DNA from: Haliotis rubra
Taxonomy: Eukaryota
NCBI RefSeq assembly: GCF_003918875.1
Contig: NW_025765892.1
Location: 1,178,001 to 1,242,000 of the forward strand
Direction of reading: 5' to 3'
DNA length: 64,000 nt
Below, piece after piece: positions 38,981 to 52,587 of this stretch. A program made the position numbers and the translations under genes. The notes beneath the pieces are model-generated. The model searched no databases. It was not told the DNA's origin and saw only the letters and a program-made list of their open reading frames with translations. Numbering within the stretch: position 1 is the stretch's first letter; every line of letters begins with the position of its first letter.

Positions 38981-39700
38981 TAGTTAGCATGCAGTCACAA
39001 GATTTCGCCTCCAATAATGTAAACAATTATTACAGAATGAAAATATTACTCAACTTAACAACATATATTACAAACACAAGTCCCAAGTCCATATCAAAAC
39101 AATGAGCTTTATCTATTACACAAGATAATAAACTTGTGCACATTTAGTAGAGATTTGTTAGTATCCTACTCCAAATGATGTCAAGGAGTTTGATTGTGAG
39201 GAAAATATTTACAACAATGGGAGCCATTTAAATGACCCTGTGGTTAAACCAAATCAACAGTATAGCTTAGGGTCTAAGAGGGAAGACGGTAGTAAGGTGT
39301 GGACACGGCAAGCTAGTGGCTGAAAGTGATCAGTGACCAGCAGGTGACAACCAATCCATTTCACTTCAAACAATTAACAAATATTTCAAAATCAATAAAT
39401 CGTAGATGCAACAATGAGAAATGACTCCACAAGTAGATGATAACTCAGCAGGTCTAAGGTTGATGAAGTTTCAAGGTATATGGGAGACAGTATCTTAAAT
39501 GTTCTAAATGAGTGGACATTGTTAGCTGTATTCCAGTCATTTCGCAGCAGGCTGTCATCCAGTCTGGACCAGCCACCATGATGACTCCAGAAGTGCCCAA
39601 CTTCAGGACTACCAGATCTTCAGATTTACAACAAGCCTGGGGACCTGGGATACAGAGAATAATGCAAAAGCCATGTTCTGTCTGACTGGCCTGTACTCAC

Positions 39701-39979
39701 ACTTGACGATCAGTTTAGCCTTCTTGGTAGCAGCTTTGCCGATCTTGTTGTCTGCAGTACACACAAAATCACCCGTATCTGTACGGGACAATTCATGGAC
39801 GGTTAAATGTGCTTTTCCTTTCTCATATGTCTGCCTTGTCTTGGACATGTCGTAGTTGGCACGGGACCAGATGACCATGTTGGGGGTGATGGGGTTGGCG
39901 TCACCAATACACTCAAAGAACGCCACGCCTCCCTCATCCTCCATGACTTTCCCGGAGATCTTCTTTATAGTGGCTGCAT
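39701..39979 (-). CDS. nphs1: nephrin-like exon, Ig8 (YAATIKKISG...FECIGDANP...WSR...DTGDFVCTADN)
   Basis: cttcag| ... |gtgagt, 279 nt, phase 1-1. Confidence 0.93.
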
Positions 39980-40458
39980 CTGAAGTTACAACAAACACTC
40001 TCACCAAGGCATTACCTCTCAAGCCAGTATAGAGGAACTGTGACATACTCAACACTCCTGAAAGCACACGTTGAGTGACTCAGAAAGTGAGATGTCATTC
40101 TAATGATTGTATAGTCAACATCAAAGCACATGTAATACATTCTCAGCTGCAACACTCCATCAGGTTGAGTGTCCAGACCTGAGAGAGATTACTGCACTCC
40201 ACCGTGTTGTGATAGGACACATTAACAAATAAGGTCACTATGCACCATGTCAGGTATGTTCTATAAACAGATGCTACCCATTATCAGCTATCCCTTGTCC
40301 ATTGGCCCACTCAGGGACATTGTCAGGAAGAGACAGGTGAGGTTAGTACTTCAGAATATCTCGGTATTAGGAATTAACAACACTATCTGTAATTACAATT
40401 ATGCACACATTATGATCAAAAGGCTCCCGCCAACTTCATAGAACTATATTCTACATAC

Positions 40459-40743
40459 ATCTGACTTCAATGGAGAAGTTGTGTGTTGTGAAGCCTTCAG
40501 CATTAGAAGCTTTAATGGTGAAGTCCCCTCTATCTCCTCGGCGGATCTTGGTGATTTTGAGGATGCCCTCGGTGAGCTTGAAGCGGGGAATATCACTGGG
40601 CAGGGACAGCTGTACATTGCCCCGGTACAGCTTGTACGTGACCTCCGGGGGGTTAGAGTATGTGGAGAAGTTCAGTGACACACTGTTCCCTTCTATCAGA
40701 TCCACCTTCTCTGGGACACCCGTACTGTTAAACTCTGGTGCAA
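40459..40743 (-). CDS. nphs1: nephrin-like exon, Ig7 (cysteine-free Ig-like domain, FAPEFN...RRGDRGDFTIKASNAEG)
   Basis: gtttcag| ... |gtatgt, 285 nt, phase 1-1. Confidence 0.9.
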
Positions 40744-41278
40744 CTGAAACAAGGCCAGTGCATATATAACTTGACATAAAGACAACTAGCACACCATGTT
40801 AAAAATAAGGTAGTTTTCTTTATGTACATTTCAATCATTTCTGTCACAGACTGTACAATGATTAGGAGCATCTGTTGCTATTTCTCATTTCTGAAGAAAT
40901 GTACGTATTTCTCAAATACAGGCTGTCCTGATAATTCTGTTCATCAGCTTATGTTATAGTGATCCAACTTCACTTTATATCAATACTAACTGTGTCATGT
41001 GTCCTCTTCAGTTTCAACACACTTATATACTTCTCATGTCAATTTAGAATATTTGGTACAAGCAGATATACTGAAATGGGATCTTCCCAACATGAAAAAA
41101 CAGATGTCAATCTGACAGATGTCATCTGCCTCATGAGACTAGATAATGAGACAAATAAAATTCTAAAACATTTACTTGGCTTTGACTTCAAAATAATGCA
41201 TTTCCATACTGTCGATTCCAATCAGAGATAATCTGTAACACTTTGGTAACAGGACCAGGCATTGCATCATCTACTTAC

Positions 41279-41587
41279 ACAACACATTAAGGGTAAGAGC
41301 ATCAGTGACAGCCTGCCCAAATATTCTGTTTGTTGCCTGGCAACCAAAATAAGCATTGTGATCTGCTGATGTTGGCAAAAACTCGAGGACGTTTGTGGTA
41401 GATTTTCCATCATTCTCCGCCTCCGCCTCGCCTCTGTCGATGCCCTGGACCCGGCGTCGGTCGGCACCCTTGATCCAGGTGATGTCTGCTGCCGGGTTGG
41501 AGGAGGCAGACACGCATGTGATGTTCATCAACTGTCCTGCTTTAGGTTTGGCTGGCCACGTTTTGATGCTCACTGATGCTGGGGGGA
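41279..41587 (-). CDS. nphs1: nephrin-like exon, Ig6 (FPPASVSIKT...ITCVSASSNPAADITWIK...FGCQATN)
   Basis: ctttcag| ... |gtaagt, 309 nt, phase 1-1. Confidence 0.93.
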
Positions 41588-41950
41588 CTGAAAGTAAAGG
41601 AAAAAATGATAAACATAATTATGAAAAGGTCATGTTGTTAAGGCAACAGATAAAAATGAAGGCGTGATTATAAAGTTCCAATATTGTGCACAGACCTAGC
41701 CTTGAACACGTCTGTCAGTTGGTGGACACAGTTTGTTTTTGAGAATCAAGAAGAAGAAAGAAATCTGCAATTTTGAGAAACTGTTGGATTCAAATGATGT
41801 TCTTGATCAATGAAGTATACATTTTATCCAAATATTAACAGCTACTTCTCTTTCCTTACTGCATGGAAATGATTTAGTTTCAGTTACATCTTGACAGAAA
41901 GAACAACGTATATCACATGGAAAGTAGGCTTGATACACCATGACAAACAT

Positions 41951-42902
41951 CAGAGCTCCAGATAAGCTTTTGGCCATGTGGGTATGATACCCATACTTTT
42001 GAAACTAAATGGGTATTTCCAATTTCAAGAGGGTATCTATACTTTAAGATACCCACCTTCTTTTTAAAATCTTGGTATTCATTTCAAATAAGTATAAGAG
42101 GTGCGACATTTTTTTTTATTAAAAAATAAAATAAGACAAAATCCTCCTAACAATGCTAATTTATAGCTAATAGCTAATACAGCTTTATCCACTTGTGCTG
42201 TAAGAAATAATAAGTGCCTTAGTCTACATCCGTTTTGTTGGAAAACAAGATACCAAGATGGCTATTTGATGATATAACAGCCATATCTTCACTCTAACAG
42301 TTAGTCTTTTCAAAATCTTCAAACCTTGGTCCCATGGTGTTGTTTCACTTCCACGTTGCGAATACCTAATGTTACAAGTTCATATAAAATATCACCAGCA
42401 CTTGACTCTGATTGTGAAACAGTAATTTCGATTAATTGTCTCTAATGAAGTTGTTTTCTGTTTGTAAAGCGTAAAATACTAGATATTTTCAACCACATAG
42501 CTTTCAACCACACTTGCTTCCCATTATGGATTTGTTTACAGGACATGTAGAAAGAAAACAGCTATTTGATTGGTTGCTATTTATATATAGGCCAATCAGT
42601 GAAGGGGTAACTAACCATGATTGGTATTCTATCTGCGTTGCACGGTTTAATTACATTTACAATTATTCAAGATTCTTCGAATCGCGTATATTTACAGATG
42701 AAAAAGTCATAAGTTCAATTGGCTTGAATTGATACGATACGCAACATGATTTTGATGTATTGGGTAAATACATCGTTAGTTTGACATAGCGTAAACGTAA
42801 ATATTTAGTGCTTTTTCATACGCTGGCATTTATTTTCCTTGTTTATTTCATCTTTTCTGTAGCATATTATAAGCAGATACGCAGCTTATCTGCAGCATCC
42901 TG
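41951..42902. mobile_element. MITE related to 246-699
   Basis: cagagctccagataag...atgtgggta..taccca left end; degenerate cttatctgcagcatcctg right end. Confidence 0.55.
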
Positions 42903-44502
42903 AATATCACATACACTGTCTGTGGAAAGTACTCAAAACTATAAAATAATAATACAAGAAATATTTGAAATTCTCTAATCTGTTAAAATATATCTTAGAA
43001 ACATTAATTTAGGACTGATTATCAAATAAAATTGACCAAAGTTAATTATCAAAAACATTATGCCTTCTGAATCATTAATTGGGTTAAGAATCACTAATCC
43101 TAAATCAGGAAGGTAGAGACAAAGGTTGATTCTCATCCCACAGTATCTTCATTAGTGCTGAGTCTCCTCAATACACCAACTGTACATCACACACTGTTTC
43201 CATGCATGTCATTACACAAGGCATGGAAGTCACAATGACTACTTATAAACCGATCCAATCAATCATGTCACTAAATTATCACATATTTACAATCCTATTG
43301 ACCAAATTGAAAGTGCTTTCTTTTCTCTACAAACTTCAAGCTTTACCAGGACAAAATCTGCAAACCAACAAATGAAAAACATTCTTGCCATGACTGATGT
43401 GAACTTTCAGATTATGCTTTTATATCTATTTACAAACTAAGCATGCAATTTCAAATTCTTACTTGAATAAACACAGAATTCCATCTTAGCTGTATATTGC
43501 CTTGGGAAGCGTATGTATACTAACATAATAGATTTCCAGTTTCAACTGAAGCGTAGTCTAGAGTCATATTTCAGACTTGACGCAGGCATTACCATAATCT
43601 GATTACGTTTAGACAGTGTTAGTTCAGCTAAGAACAGTCCCCCCATCACATTCTTCATCATAATGTTTATCTCTCAAATTTCACCAGACAGGATATTTTG
43701 GTGTAATCCTTTCTATGATCTGTCTCCCTGTGCTTCTACATCAATGGTATTTGGCAGCAGCAGCAGCAGCATCTACACCCATCACAGGCACTACAACAGC
43801 TTCCTTGCAGTCACTATAAATCTCATACAGACTCTTGCAGGATGTCTATATGACCCACTTCAGCAAGCATATCAATGTTCCTAATCAACATCAAAACATC
43901 AGTTATCTCTACTAATAATTCTAAGAATACCACCTGAATTACAGCACTGACATAAATCTTGTATTTTGACTGCAATCACACTAAAAGTAAACCTTCAGAT
44001 TTTCAACAGAAGTCCTTTCCACTGTCAACTATACATAATAAGTTGTCCCCAAATAGCAGCAAGCAGCCCTTCTGTGGCCTGGAGAGGCAGGAAACACCAC
44101 TGCTTTCCTGTGCTGCTAATACTCTAATAAGATACGACCATCAATGGTTTTTGTCTGTTTATTGGGTATGTGTTTATGTGAGTAGTTGTTAATATTTGGT
44201 GTTTGTTGTGTGAATTCTTCAGTAGACTCCCAATATCTGAAGTAAAAACTTGAAAGCATAAGGCAAATGAGGGACCATTTATCACAATGATTCCATCCTC
44301 ACAGTTGTTTCACAACAAGTAAAGTAATTATTATCAGGGTTTTGAAATAAACCACCTAATTTAAGAACAGGCATGTGGACTTATCAAACAAGCGTTGAGG
44401 TCTGGTATCACCATGTCCAAGGATGTTTTCTACATGTTTTACCCCACACAACAAGCCATGCAATGTTGATGGACAACAACACCAGGTTGGGAGGTGACTT
44501 AC

Positions 44503-44667
44503 ACAGGACTGTCAGATTGACGTAGGTTTCCAAGGGAGATGCAGTTGCTTCGTTCTGTGCTGTACACTTGTACGTAGCTCCGTTGTCATTGGGTGTTGCC
44601 ACCACCTGTATCACAGCTTGGGCTAAGTTACCACGCTTTGTGTTCTCAGAAGAAATTTTCCTTGATC
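44503..44667 (-). CDS. nphs1: nephrin-like exon, Ig5 second half (GSRKISS...DNGATYKCTAQN...LTVL)
   Basis: atttcag| ... |gtaagt, 165 nt, phase 1-1. Confidence 0.92.
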
Positions 44668-45624
44668 CTGAAATTATGCCAAATGTCAAATATTATTAGA
44701 CAACTTCATGGATTCAGCACTGCCCCAATCACAGACTTTTTAACTCAATCACTCCAATCTTTTGCCATGAAATGAATTTTCATCATTTACAGTTCAGTAT
44801 AAAAATGACACAACATTGTAAGCAAGACACTTTCACATAATGCTTCCTCCTAACATACACTTTAAAATGACAAACTGGGTAGTAAAGCTGTCTGCTTCAA
44901 ATCATATTTCTCATCATGTTTAATGTAAAGGCACAAAACACCCTCTCCTGCTCAAGTCAGGAAACATCACCAAACTCGAAATTATAAAAGTTTTAAATGA
45001 CGCATGAAGAGGGACAAAATATTTGAAATCATCTTCAACTGCCAACAATGGAATATTAAATAAAAATACCCCACTAATCCCAAATGATGAGCAGATTTTA
45101 ATTAAGATTTGTCAAGGTTTCAGCTGATTAAGCAGACTGTTGGGAATCCCATTTTCTACTACTCCTTCACATTCAAAATTGGCAAGAATATCTGTCACGA
45201 CTTTGACATCTTTATTTGTCTCTAAAGATGGTCACTATGTAATGTACAATGTGTAATGCTAAAATAAAATGCACATGAAAACAAAATATGGCGAAAACTG
45301 AACACTGACAGTTTGATAATGTCTGAATTTTTCATCAAAAACATTTATCCTATGAGTGTGTTGATTTGATGATAACTAATTCTCCATGTGGGCCTGAGAC
45401 TGCGTTCATTTGACATTATTTGTTCTCTGATATTATCTTCCCTTTCAAAAACTTTCCCAGCGTTAACTTGAAACACAAGTGTATCTGAGTACACAAAGTT
45501 TTGGACATCCTATAGAGACTGTGAGGTCCGAGGAAGTGCCGTGTGCTCCACTGTTCAAGTGTCAGGCAGCCTAGCTACATACTGGGGTCTCTGCTGTATG
45601 ACACTCGTGGACACACACACCCAC

Positions 45625-45750
45625 CTTTGTACCACTTCAGCTTAGCTACAGGGTTCCCTCCTGAAGACTGACATGTGATGCGGGCCAGCTCTCCCGCCTT
45701 GATTGCGTTGCCCTCCGTGTATCCCGAGATGATGGGCTTATTGGGGGGAT
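45625..45750 (-). CDS. nphs1: nephrin-like exon, Ig5 first half (YPPNKPIISGYTEG...ITCQSSGGNPVAKLKWYK)
   Basis: cttcag| ... |gtgggt, 126 nt, phase 1-1; this frame is not shown in the ORF track. Confidence 0.9.
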
Positions 45751-46126
45751 CTGAAGCATGCAGTGCACATTGTCATCAACTGATGGCCCCATCAGGCAAT
45801 GGTGGACGCCACATAGGGACATCAGCTTTGAGGTCAATACCAAAGACAAAACTCAAAGAAAGATCTTGTGAAATCTTTCTGATTACATGCCCTCCAACTT
45901 TTCACCCTGTGAACTAAAGATAAATATACTTTCTGATTTGATCAGATATGTCATGATTTTGTCAGAAAGATGATTAACAGATGTTGTTTGAAATATTGAT
46001 ATTTGCTATAAAAGCAACAGCATTCAAAACCTGATATCTTTTCCCAGAATATGACTGATCACTACAAGAAAAGATAATGAAACTGAGTGACAGTTAAAAG
46101 TTCCACAATGATGACTAAAGTCTTAC

Positions 46127-46429
46127 ACAAAACACTAAGCGTGACAGTGTCATCCACACTCTGGCCCAGTGCTGGGTTGGTAGCCTGGCAAGTGTACTTC
46201 ACGTTGTGATCTTGGTGGGACAGCTGCACAGATAATGTTGACTTAGATATATAGCCGCCATCTGGGGAAGCCTCTACCCTGGTGTCGGTCTGTGCAAGTT
46301 GTCTCCCCCTGGCAAACCAGGTGATGACAGCAGCTGGATTGCTGTTGGATGACACACAGTCCAGCTTGACCGTCTGACCAGCCTTGGCGGGGCGGTCACC
46401 ACCATTTATTGCAACTCGATTTGGAGAGA
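46127..46429 (-). CDS. nphs1: nephrin-like exon, Ig4 (FSPNRVAING...LDCVSSNSNPAAVITWF...YTCQATN)
   Basis: gtttcag| ... |gtaaga, 303 nt, phase 1-1. Confidence 0.93.
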
Positions 46430-47023
46430 CTGAAACACAAAGAATTTAGTGACAAATCATCTGAATCATAACAACGTCAAAGATAAACGACAAGAAAGAA
46501 GTCTTGGGTATGGCACATCACAAATGTTTTAGCCTGTGTACATACATCTCCTTAAAGACAACACTGAGGCCATCAGCATCTGAGAAGCACATGTCAAGTT
46601 TTGACAGTCTCATGTTTCCTACACGTTTGATAGATTAACAGTTTCATGTGTGTGTAGGGTCTATTTAGTTTCCAGTCCCAAGTCCCAACCACAGGCCTTT
46701 TGATCCATTACCAGAGACATTCACCTCATCAGGTGAAAGGTAATGATGTCATATGTGGGATGACACATGGAACTTTATCAACAGAAAAGACTTCTTGGGT
46801 CTTCATTTTCATCCCTATGAGACAAGAAATTGCTGCCTCAACTGGCTTTAAATATTAGCGTGTGCGTCCTAGCATTCCAAAATCCTTTAGGAGGCATTTT
46901 GTAAGTCAAAAGGACCCTAAAATTGAGCTGGCCATGTCCAGTAAGGTTAAAGTTTTAGCCCTATGGGTGGTCCAGTGTTTAAATATAGAGAGGGAATCTG
47001 CATTTCATGGTGATCATTTTGTG

Positions 47024-47251
47024 CAGTGTATGAAATAAGGCCCGTCCGACCGCCCGACATGGTCTAGATTTCTGGTGGATGGTCTAAATTTACAGCTAGC
47101 CAGCCCGATGGTCTGGTAAATATTTTTATATGTTCTATACATCTGAATAAATTCACCATATTTGGTCTGGTTAAATCCATTTCGGGCTGGTAACATTTTG
47201 AAGTTACCAGCCCTGATGTCTGGCTGGATTTTTGGCGTATTTCATTCACTG
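47024..47251. mobile_element. hAT-like MITE
   Basis: cagtgtatgaaata ... tatttcattcactg with ttttgtg on both flanks. Confidence 0.7.
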
Positions 47252-48329
47252 TTTTGTGTTGTTCATGGGCGGTAAAAATATGATGCACCGTCTCTGGTCA
47301 TGTGACATTCCTTATATGGACCACTAAGTTTGCAGTACTGCTGATAAGTCTTTCATTATTTGTTGGTATGTATCAAGGATATCTCACAGTATGAATGTGT
47401 AGGATTACAATAATATTATGAAAAGACTTTTCTATACATTTACACATCTAGAAATGATTTTGTTAGACTTCAGCTGAACCTTGGTTCTCATCACACTTCG
47501 TGATGACTGGTACAATTTGTGCAGGAAGATGTTTGGAAATTTTGGAACAAGAGGACGAAGATGAGTTAGTTGAGGTGAAATTTGGGAAAAGGAAGTTTAA
47601 CAGTGAGGAGAAGAGCAGCGTTGTGATATTTGGTGAGATAGAAAAGATGTGTAATAAGATAGTCATTACTGACGTTGAGAAACAAAATCCTTAACATTGA
47701 TCCCAATTATTAACAGATGGATTAGCCTGGGATCAATCATTCATCAGGACTGTTGGAAAGCTAACTGTTTGGAATGTTTGGTGGGGATAGGGTACATTTA
47801 TAAGGAAGTTTATCATTATGTTGAATTGACAAATTAAGAAACTGAACAAGTACAACAGAATCAACATAGAGGGCAGTGAAGGAATATCTGCTACGTATTA
47901 GATGAATAGAGCATTGTATAACATTTATGTTGTTCAAAACAATATCAGAAAAATATGTCTACAATCCATACAAGCAAACTGTTGAAAAAGAAGCAGAAAA
48001 AGATTGATCAAGGCTTAGATGGATCCAGTCTTATTGGAAACTGCAGACAAATCCAATGCAACAAAAGATTTGTTTAAAAGTGTATGTAATCATTTTTCTA
48101 TGAGCATTCAAATGCATGAATGAACTCACCATTGAACGATATATTTATGTGTCCCAACACACCAACCCCACTGTTATTTCTTTGTTTCAGGAAGGGTGTT
48201 CCCGTGCCCTTATATTCAAGTATGTAATATTCCACGTTACATCCTGCTTTAGTTTATGTAACAAAATATACTGAACCAGATACAGTATCAAAAAAAGGAA
48301 TCCCTGCTTTGACCGAAAATAACCAACTA

Positions 48330-48809
48330 CAGTAGAACACGGATATAACGAACTCCAAGGGACCAAGAAATTTAGTTCGCTATATCCGGTGTTCGTTATT
48401 CACATTTGACCGCCATCTTGGATTGTAGAGATGTAGAGACACGTATATGCTGAGGCTACAAATCTTTATTCTTGTACATGTATATTGACATAACATTAAA
48501 ATTCTGAATTTATCATTCACAGACATTAGCTAGAACATGTTTAACAATCACAACAATCTCAACAATATGTTGATTCGCCGCCAACAAGGTTGATGTATAC
48601 CGCTAAGTGGCTGAGCTGACACTGAGTGAGTTCGCTAATCACGTCATTAATTGAGCTTGGGGGTAGTAAATCAGTTCGCTATAGCCGTTAATTCGCTACT
48701 CACGAGTTCGTTATTCGCGTATAATTCTAATGATATCATAAAGGATTGTTGACGGGACTTTTAAATTTGTTCGCTATATCCGTTTGTACGCTATATCCGT
48801 GTTCTACTG
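48330..48809. mobile_element. pogo/Tigger-type MITE
   Basis: TIR cagtagaacacggatata / tatatccgtgttctactg, TA TSD, internal gttcgytat subrepeats. Confidence 0.88.
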
Positions 48810-48954
48810 TATACTTCCATGGAACGTTTTCGATTCAACAACTTCTGTCAAATACCAAACACATTAATTCTGCATTTAGCACCCAAATACTGCAGTCTAC
48901 CCATTACAATGTCCCCTGCCAATTCCAACAACCATTGTTCCATACAACACTTAC

Positions 48955-49245
48955 AGTGTACAGTGAGCTTGTACTGGGCAGTGTACGGCCGCTGTGTCAC
49001 CAGATTGGACACCTCGCATCGATAGATCGCGTCGTTGTCGGAGGAGTTCACCGTGAAAGTGTATTCATTGACAGCCTTGTCACTGCCGCTAACGTAGGAG
49101 TAGTCCACTTGCTCATCGTTCCGATACCACACTACAGTCCCAATAGGATTACCTCCCCTTGACGTGCATGTCAGCTGCAATGTGTCATTTGTTCGTACAA
49201 CCTGTTTATCGGTGTATCCTGAAATCTCAGGTGCTCCTGGGGGCT
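48955..49245 (-). CDS. nphs1: nephrin-like exon, Ig3 (EPPGAPEISGY...LTCTSRGGNP...WYRN...YRCEVSN)
   Basis: tttacag| ... |gtaagt, 291 nt, phase 1-1. Confidence 0.94.
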
Positions 49246-49896
49246 CTGTAAACAAATAGGCAGCAGTCAGTGGACTTAACAAGACAATTTTGAGTTTGTG
49301 CAAAATAAGAAAACACAATTGTACTCATTTCACCCATTAGGGTAGAAAATACCATGCTGGAAAATCACACTGACAGACAAGGAGAGTGCCTTCTCATAGT
49401 TGTCCAGGAACAAGTTGTCCTGGATGAAACGCTTAAAAAAGTGCCCTCATCTGCAATATATCTGTCATTGTACATGATAGTACCTAGTGCTTGTCATCTA
49501 TATTGAAGTGAGTGAGTCAAAATATGAAATATTCGTGATTTGCACAATCCATATATAAATAATACAGTCTATACTTAAAGTCGAGGATGGAAACAAAACC
49601 CACTATGGTTCAATAATAATCTGGACAGGAGTCTTGCCTGGTGTACCTTGTCACTGCGCAGAGGGCAAGGGATGAGCTATCCCTCACGTGATAACAATAG
49701 CTTACACTGATGTATGTCGAAAAATGTCACTTGTAAAACTAACTGCCTCCAATTTAACACAACTGCTGTGGAACATATTTTATTTGACACAATTATGGTC
49801 TGTCCATTCACAAATTAGTTCTTAACTTTCTAATCCATGGGCATTTTGAGATTGGTTAAGACATAGAATCTACACAGTGGGAAGAATTGTACCAAC

Positions 49897-50229
49897 CTAA
49901 GATACTGATCTGCACCACTGTTGTAAAGGGACTTCCTGAGATAGCTGTGTTGGTTGCCTGGCACGTATATATTGCATTGGTCTCGTCTCTCCGCTGGGTC
50001 AACCGAATGTGGATGACACTGATGGCTGTGGATCGCTTGTCCCCCGTTGACGACTGCGTGGAATACTCCACATTGTTGGTGACCTTCACACCATTCCGGT
50101 ACCAGGATATAGTGGCTGGTGGTCGGCCATTGGCTGCCTTACACGTGAGACTAAGCAAAGACTGTGTCTGTGGAACTTCTACCACAGACCCATTGGTGTA
50201 ACCCTCAATCTCTGGCATTGATGGCGGCA
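49897..50229 (-). CDS. nphs1: nephrin-like exon, Ig2 (VPPSMPEIEGY...LTCKAANGRPPATISWYRNG...YTCQATN)
   Basis: tttcag| ... |gttggt, 333 nt, phase 1-1; canonical C-W-C. Confidence 0.93.
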
Positions 50230-50494
50230 CTGAAACAGGAAACATACTTCATCAAATTTACTTCATTCAAAACCTTGAGATTTTTCAAGTACCGAGTTAT
50301 AAAATACCAAAAGACTTGGTCCTATACAGTTATCATATCCATGTTGCAAAATGTAAATACATGTATTGTGTACTTTAGCTCTGTAAACTTACTCTCTACT
50401 AATTGGTAGACTACAGTTAGCAAGGGGTTCTTATTGTCTTCAACTACCTGGTCCAGCCACAGCCAGTGATTGGTATTTCTATGGTTTCTCGTGA

Positions 50495-50608
50495 CCAGGT
50501 CCCCATTGCACAAAGATATCTCCCTGCTTGGATAATTCTAATTGTAATACTGTAACATTGGCATACTGTGGTCTGAGTGCTAAGATCCATTTGTGCAATG
50601 GGGCCCAG
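50495..50608. mobile_element. short MITE
   Basis: ccccattgcacaaa ... tttgtgcaatgggg inverted repeat. Confidence 0.6.
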
Positions 50609-52587
50609 ATCTTATATACCTCGGTATGATTATTACAGCACTGCACTAACTGGGGTAAGTCTATTTAGATTTTTTTGCATACAAATTTATCATAAGGAGG
50701 GTTAGGATGTGGTGTTTTCGTGTAGCTAACAGGCGTTTTAGAAAGAGTAGTGGTAAATGTGTACTGATGTGCATATATACAGAGAGGAAGTAAGTGTCTG
50801 AGTGCATGTTTGTACTTAGCTGAGCCATTTTATTATTAGACAAATGAGGCACACACACATTACACAGCCTACCAGTGGCTTCACTGTGGAGCACCTACGC
50901 CACTGATACCAGGTTGGTATTCCTGCTCCAGCAACGTTTTGTACATGAATGCAGTAGTGTTTAGAAATGTACTTGACCTTGATGATGGCATCTGTATCAG
51001 CATACTGATGCCGTTATGTAATAAGAACTAAATGTTTTGTTGTAGTACGTAATATCTGTGTAAATAAAGCAATGCTTATGGTACACAATATAATATCCGT
51101 GTAATAGTGTAATGACATAAACATGTTTGTATGAATTAAAGTAAATATGGAATATGCCATCAATAAAGTGTTGAGGCATTGTAAATGAAATATATTATCT
51201 ATATATCTCAATGTTTTAATTGTTTCCGGGTTTAAAATGAATTATCAGTAAATAAAACGGCCATATAGTGATCATCACCGTGTCTGTTCATATCTTGAAT
51301 CAGTTCCGGTTTCATGCATATATGTACTTATTGTTATCAAATAACCACAGTGTTATCAAATACTGTTAGAGTTATCAAGTACTTATATTGAGTTATCATA
51401 TGCCTATAGTGTAAATGTCAATAGAGAGTTATCCAATATACTGAGAGTCATCAATACCTAAAGTGTTTTCATATACAGCATTATCATGCACCTGTAGAGT
51501 TGCCATACCTCTATACAGTTATAACAAAATATAGTTACCATCATGCCAAATATGTTCAATTATTTTGATAATATAACTTGATAAACTTACATTGACATCA
51601 AATAAACATACACTGTCAGTAATCATTTAATATTACGAGAGGGGCTTGAATAGCATATTTATCATGCCATGTGCCTATATTTTCTCTGTAAAATAAAACA
51701 ACAAACGTTTGCTATTTTTATATAATACATGTTCGTCTACTGAACAGTAGAGCTGTACTCTGAGAGTGTGGTATTTACCTGGTATTTACAGAAGGGACAT
51801 GTTCCTGCACATCACTTAAACAATACTGACATACAACATCTGAACCTAAATCAAGGTTACTCACAATCAATATGTATTTATGTTTAAAGTATTATTGTAA
51901 CATGCATATATTTAACTGACTTTCAATTAAATTTCGAAACAGCACTAATTCACCAGAATACATTATGTACACATTATCAGCTGTTCATGTTTATTTCACA
52001 TGACACATTAGGTTAAGAAACATCACAAATCTCGCTTTCCTCAAAAAACACCCATCAAGATTTATACAACCAACATGACTGACTTGCTTCTCCATTATTC
52101 AACGTTGTATTTTACTGGCTTCCAACGCTGGCCACATCAAAGAGAATTTCTAGACGCCTAAAACAGACTATAGCATTTGCACCTAGAGTTCTCCCAGAGA
52201 ACGAGGGAACTCTGGAGGGAAGGAAACATCTTATTAACCCCTGAAAGATTAATGTCGTCACAGTAATTAGGGTTATTTACACTCAGGGGAGGCGCTGCCT
52301 ACTTCTTTATCATTACGCAAATATGAAAGTCTATGTTCATTTTACTTGACTATTATTCCCTTTATTATGAATTTTATGAGACATTCATGAACACAATGAT
52401 TGAGATGACCACTGCTGTGTATAAGGGAATAGAGAGTAAACTGTCTGCCTTTGTAGTTCTGTGATGGATTAACTTCCACAGTTGAGTACACGACAACACA
52501 GTAACAGACACCTTCTCACAGTGGTCATCTTCTTGTACAAACCTTTGATCATAAGCAATACATTATAGCAATACTCGTACTGCAAAA

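Noticed and set aside
40470-50201. + strand ORFs at 40470, 41395, 48746 and 49887
   Set aside because: Antisense shadows of real nephrin exons.
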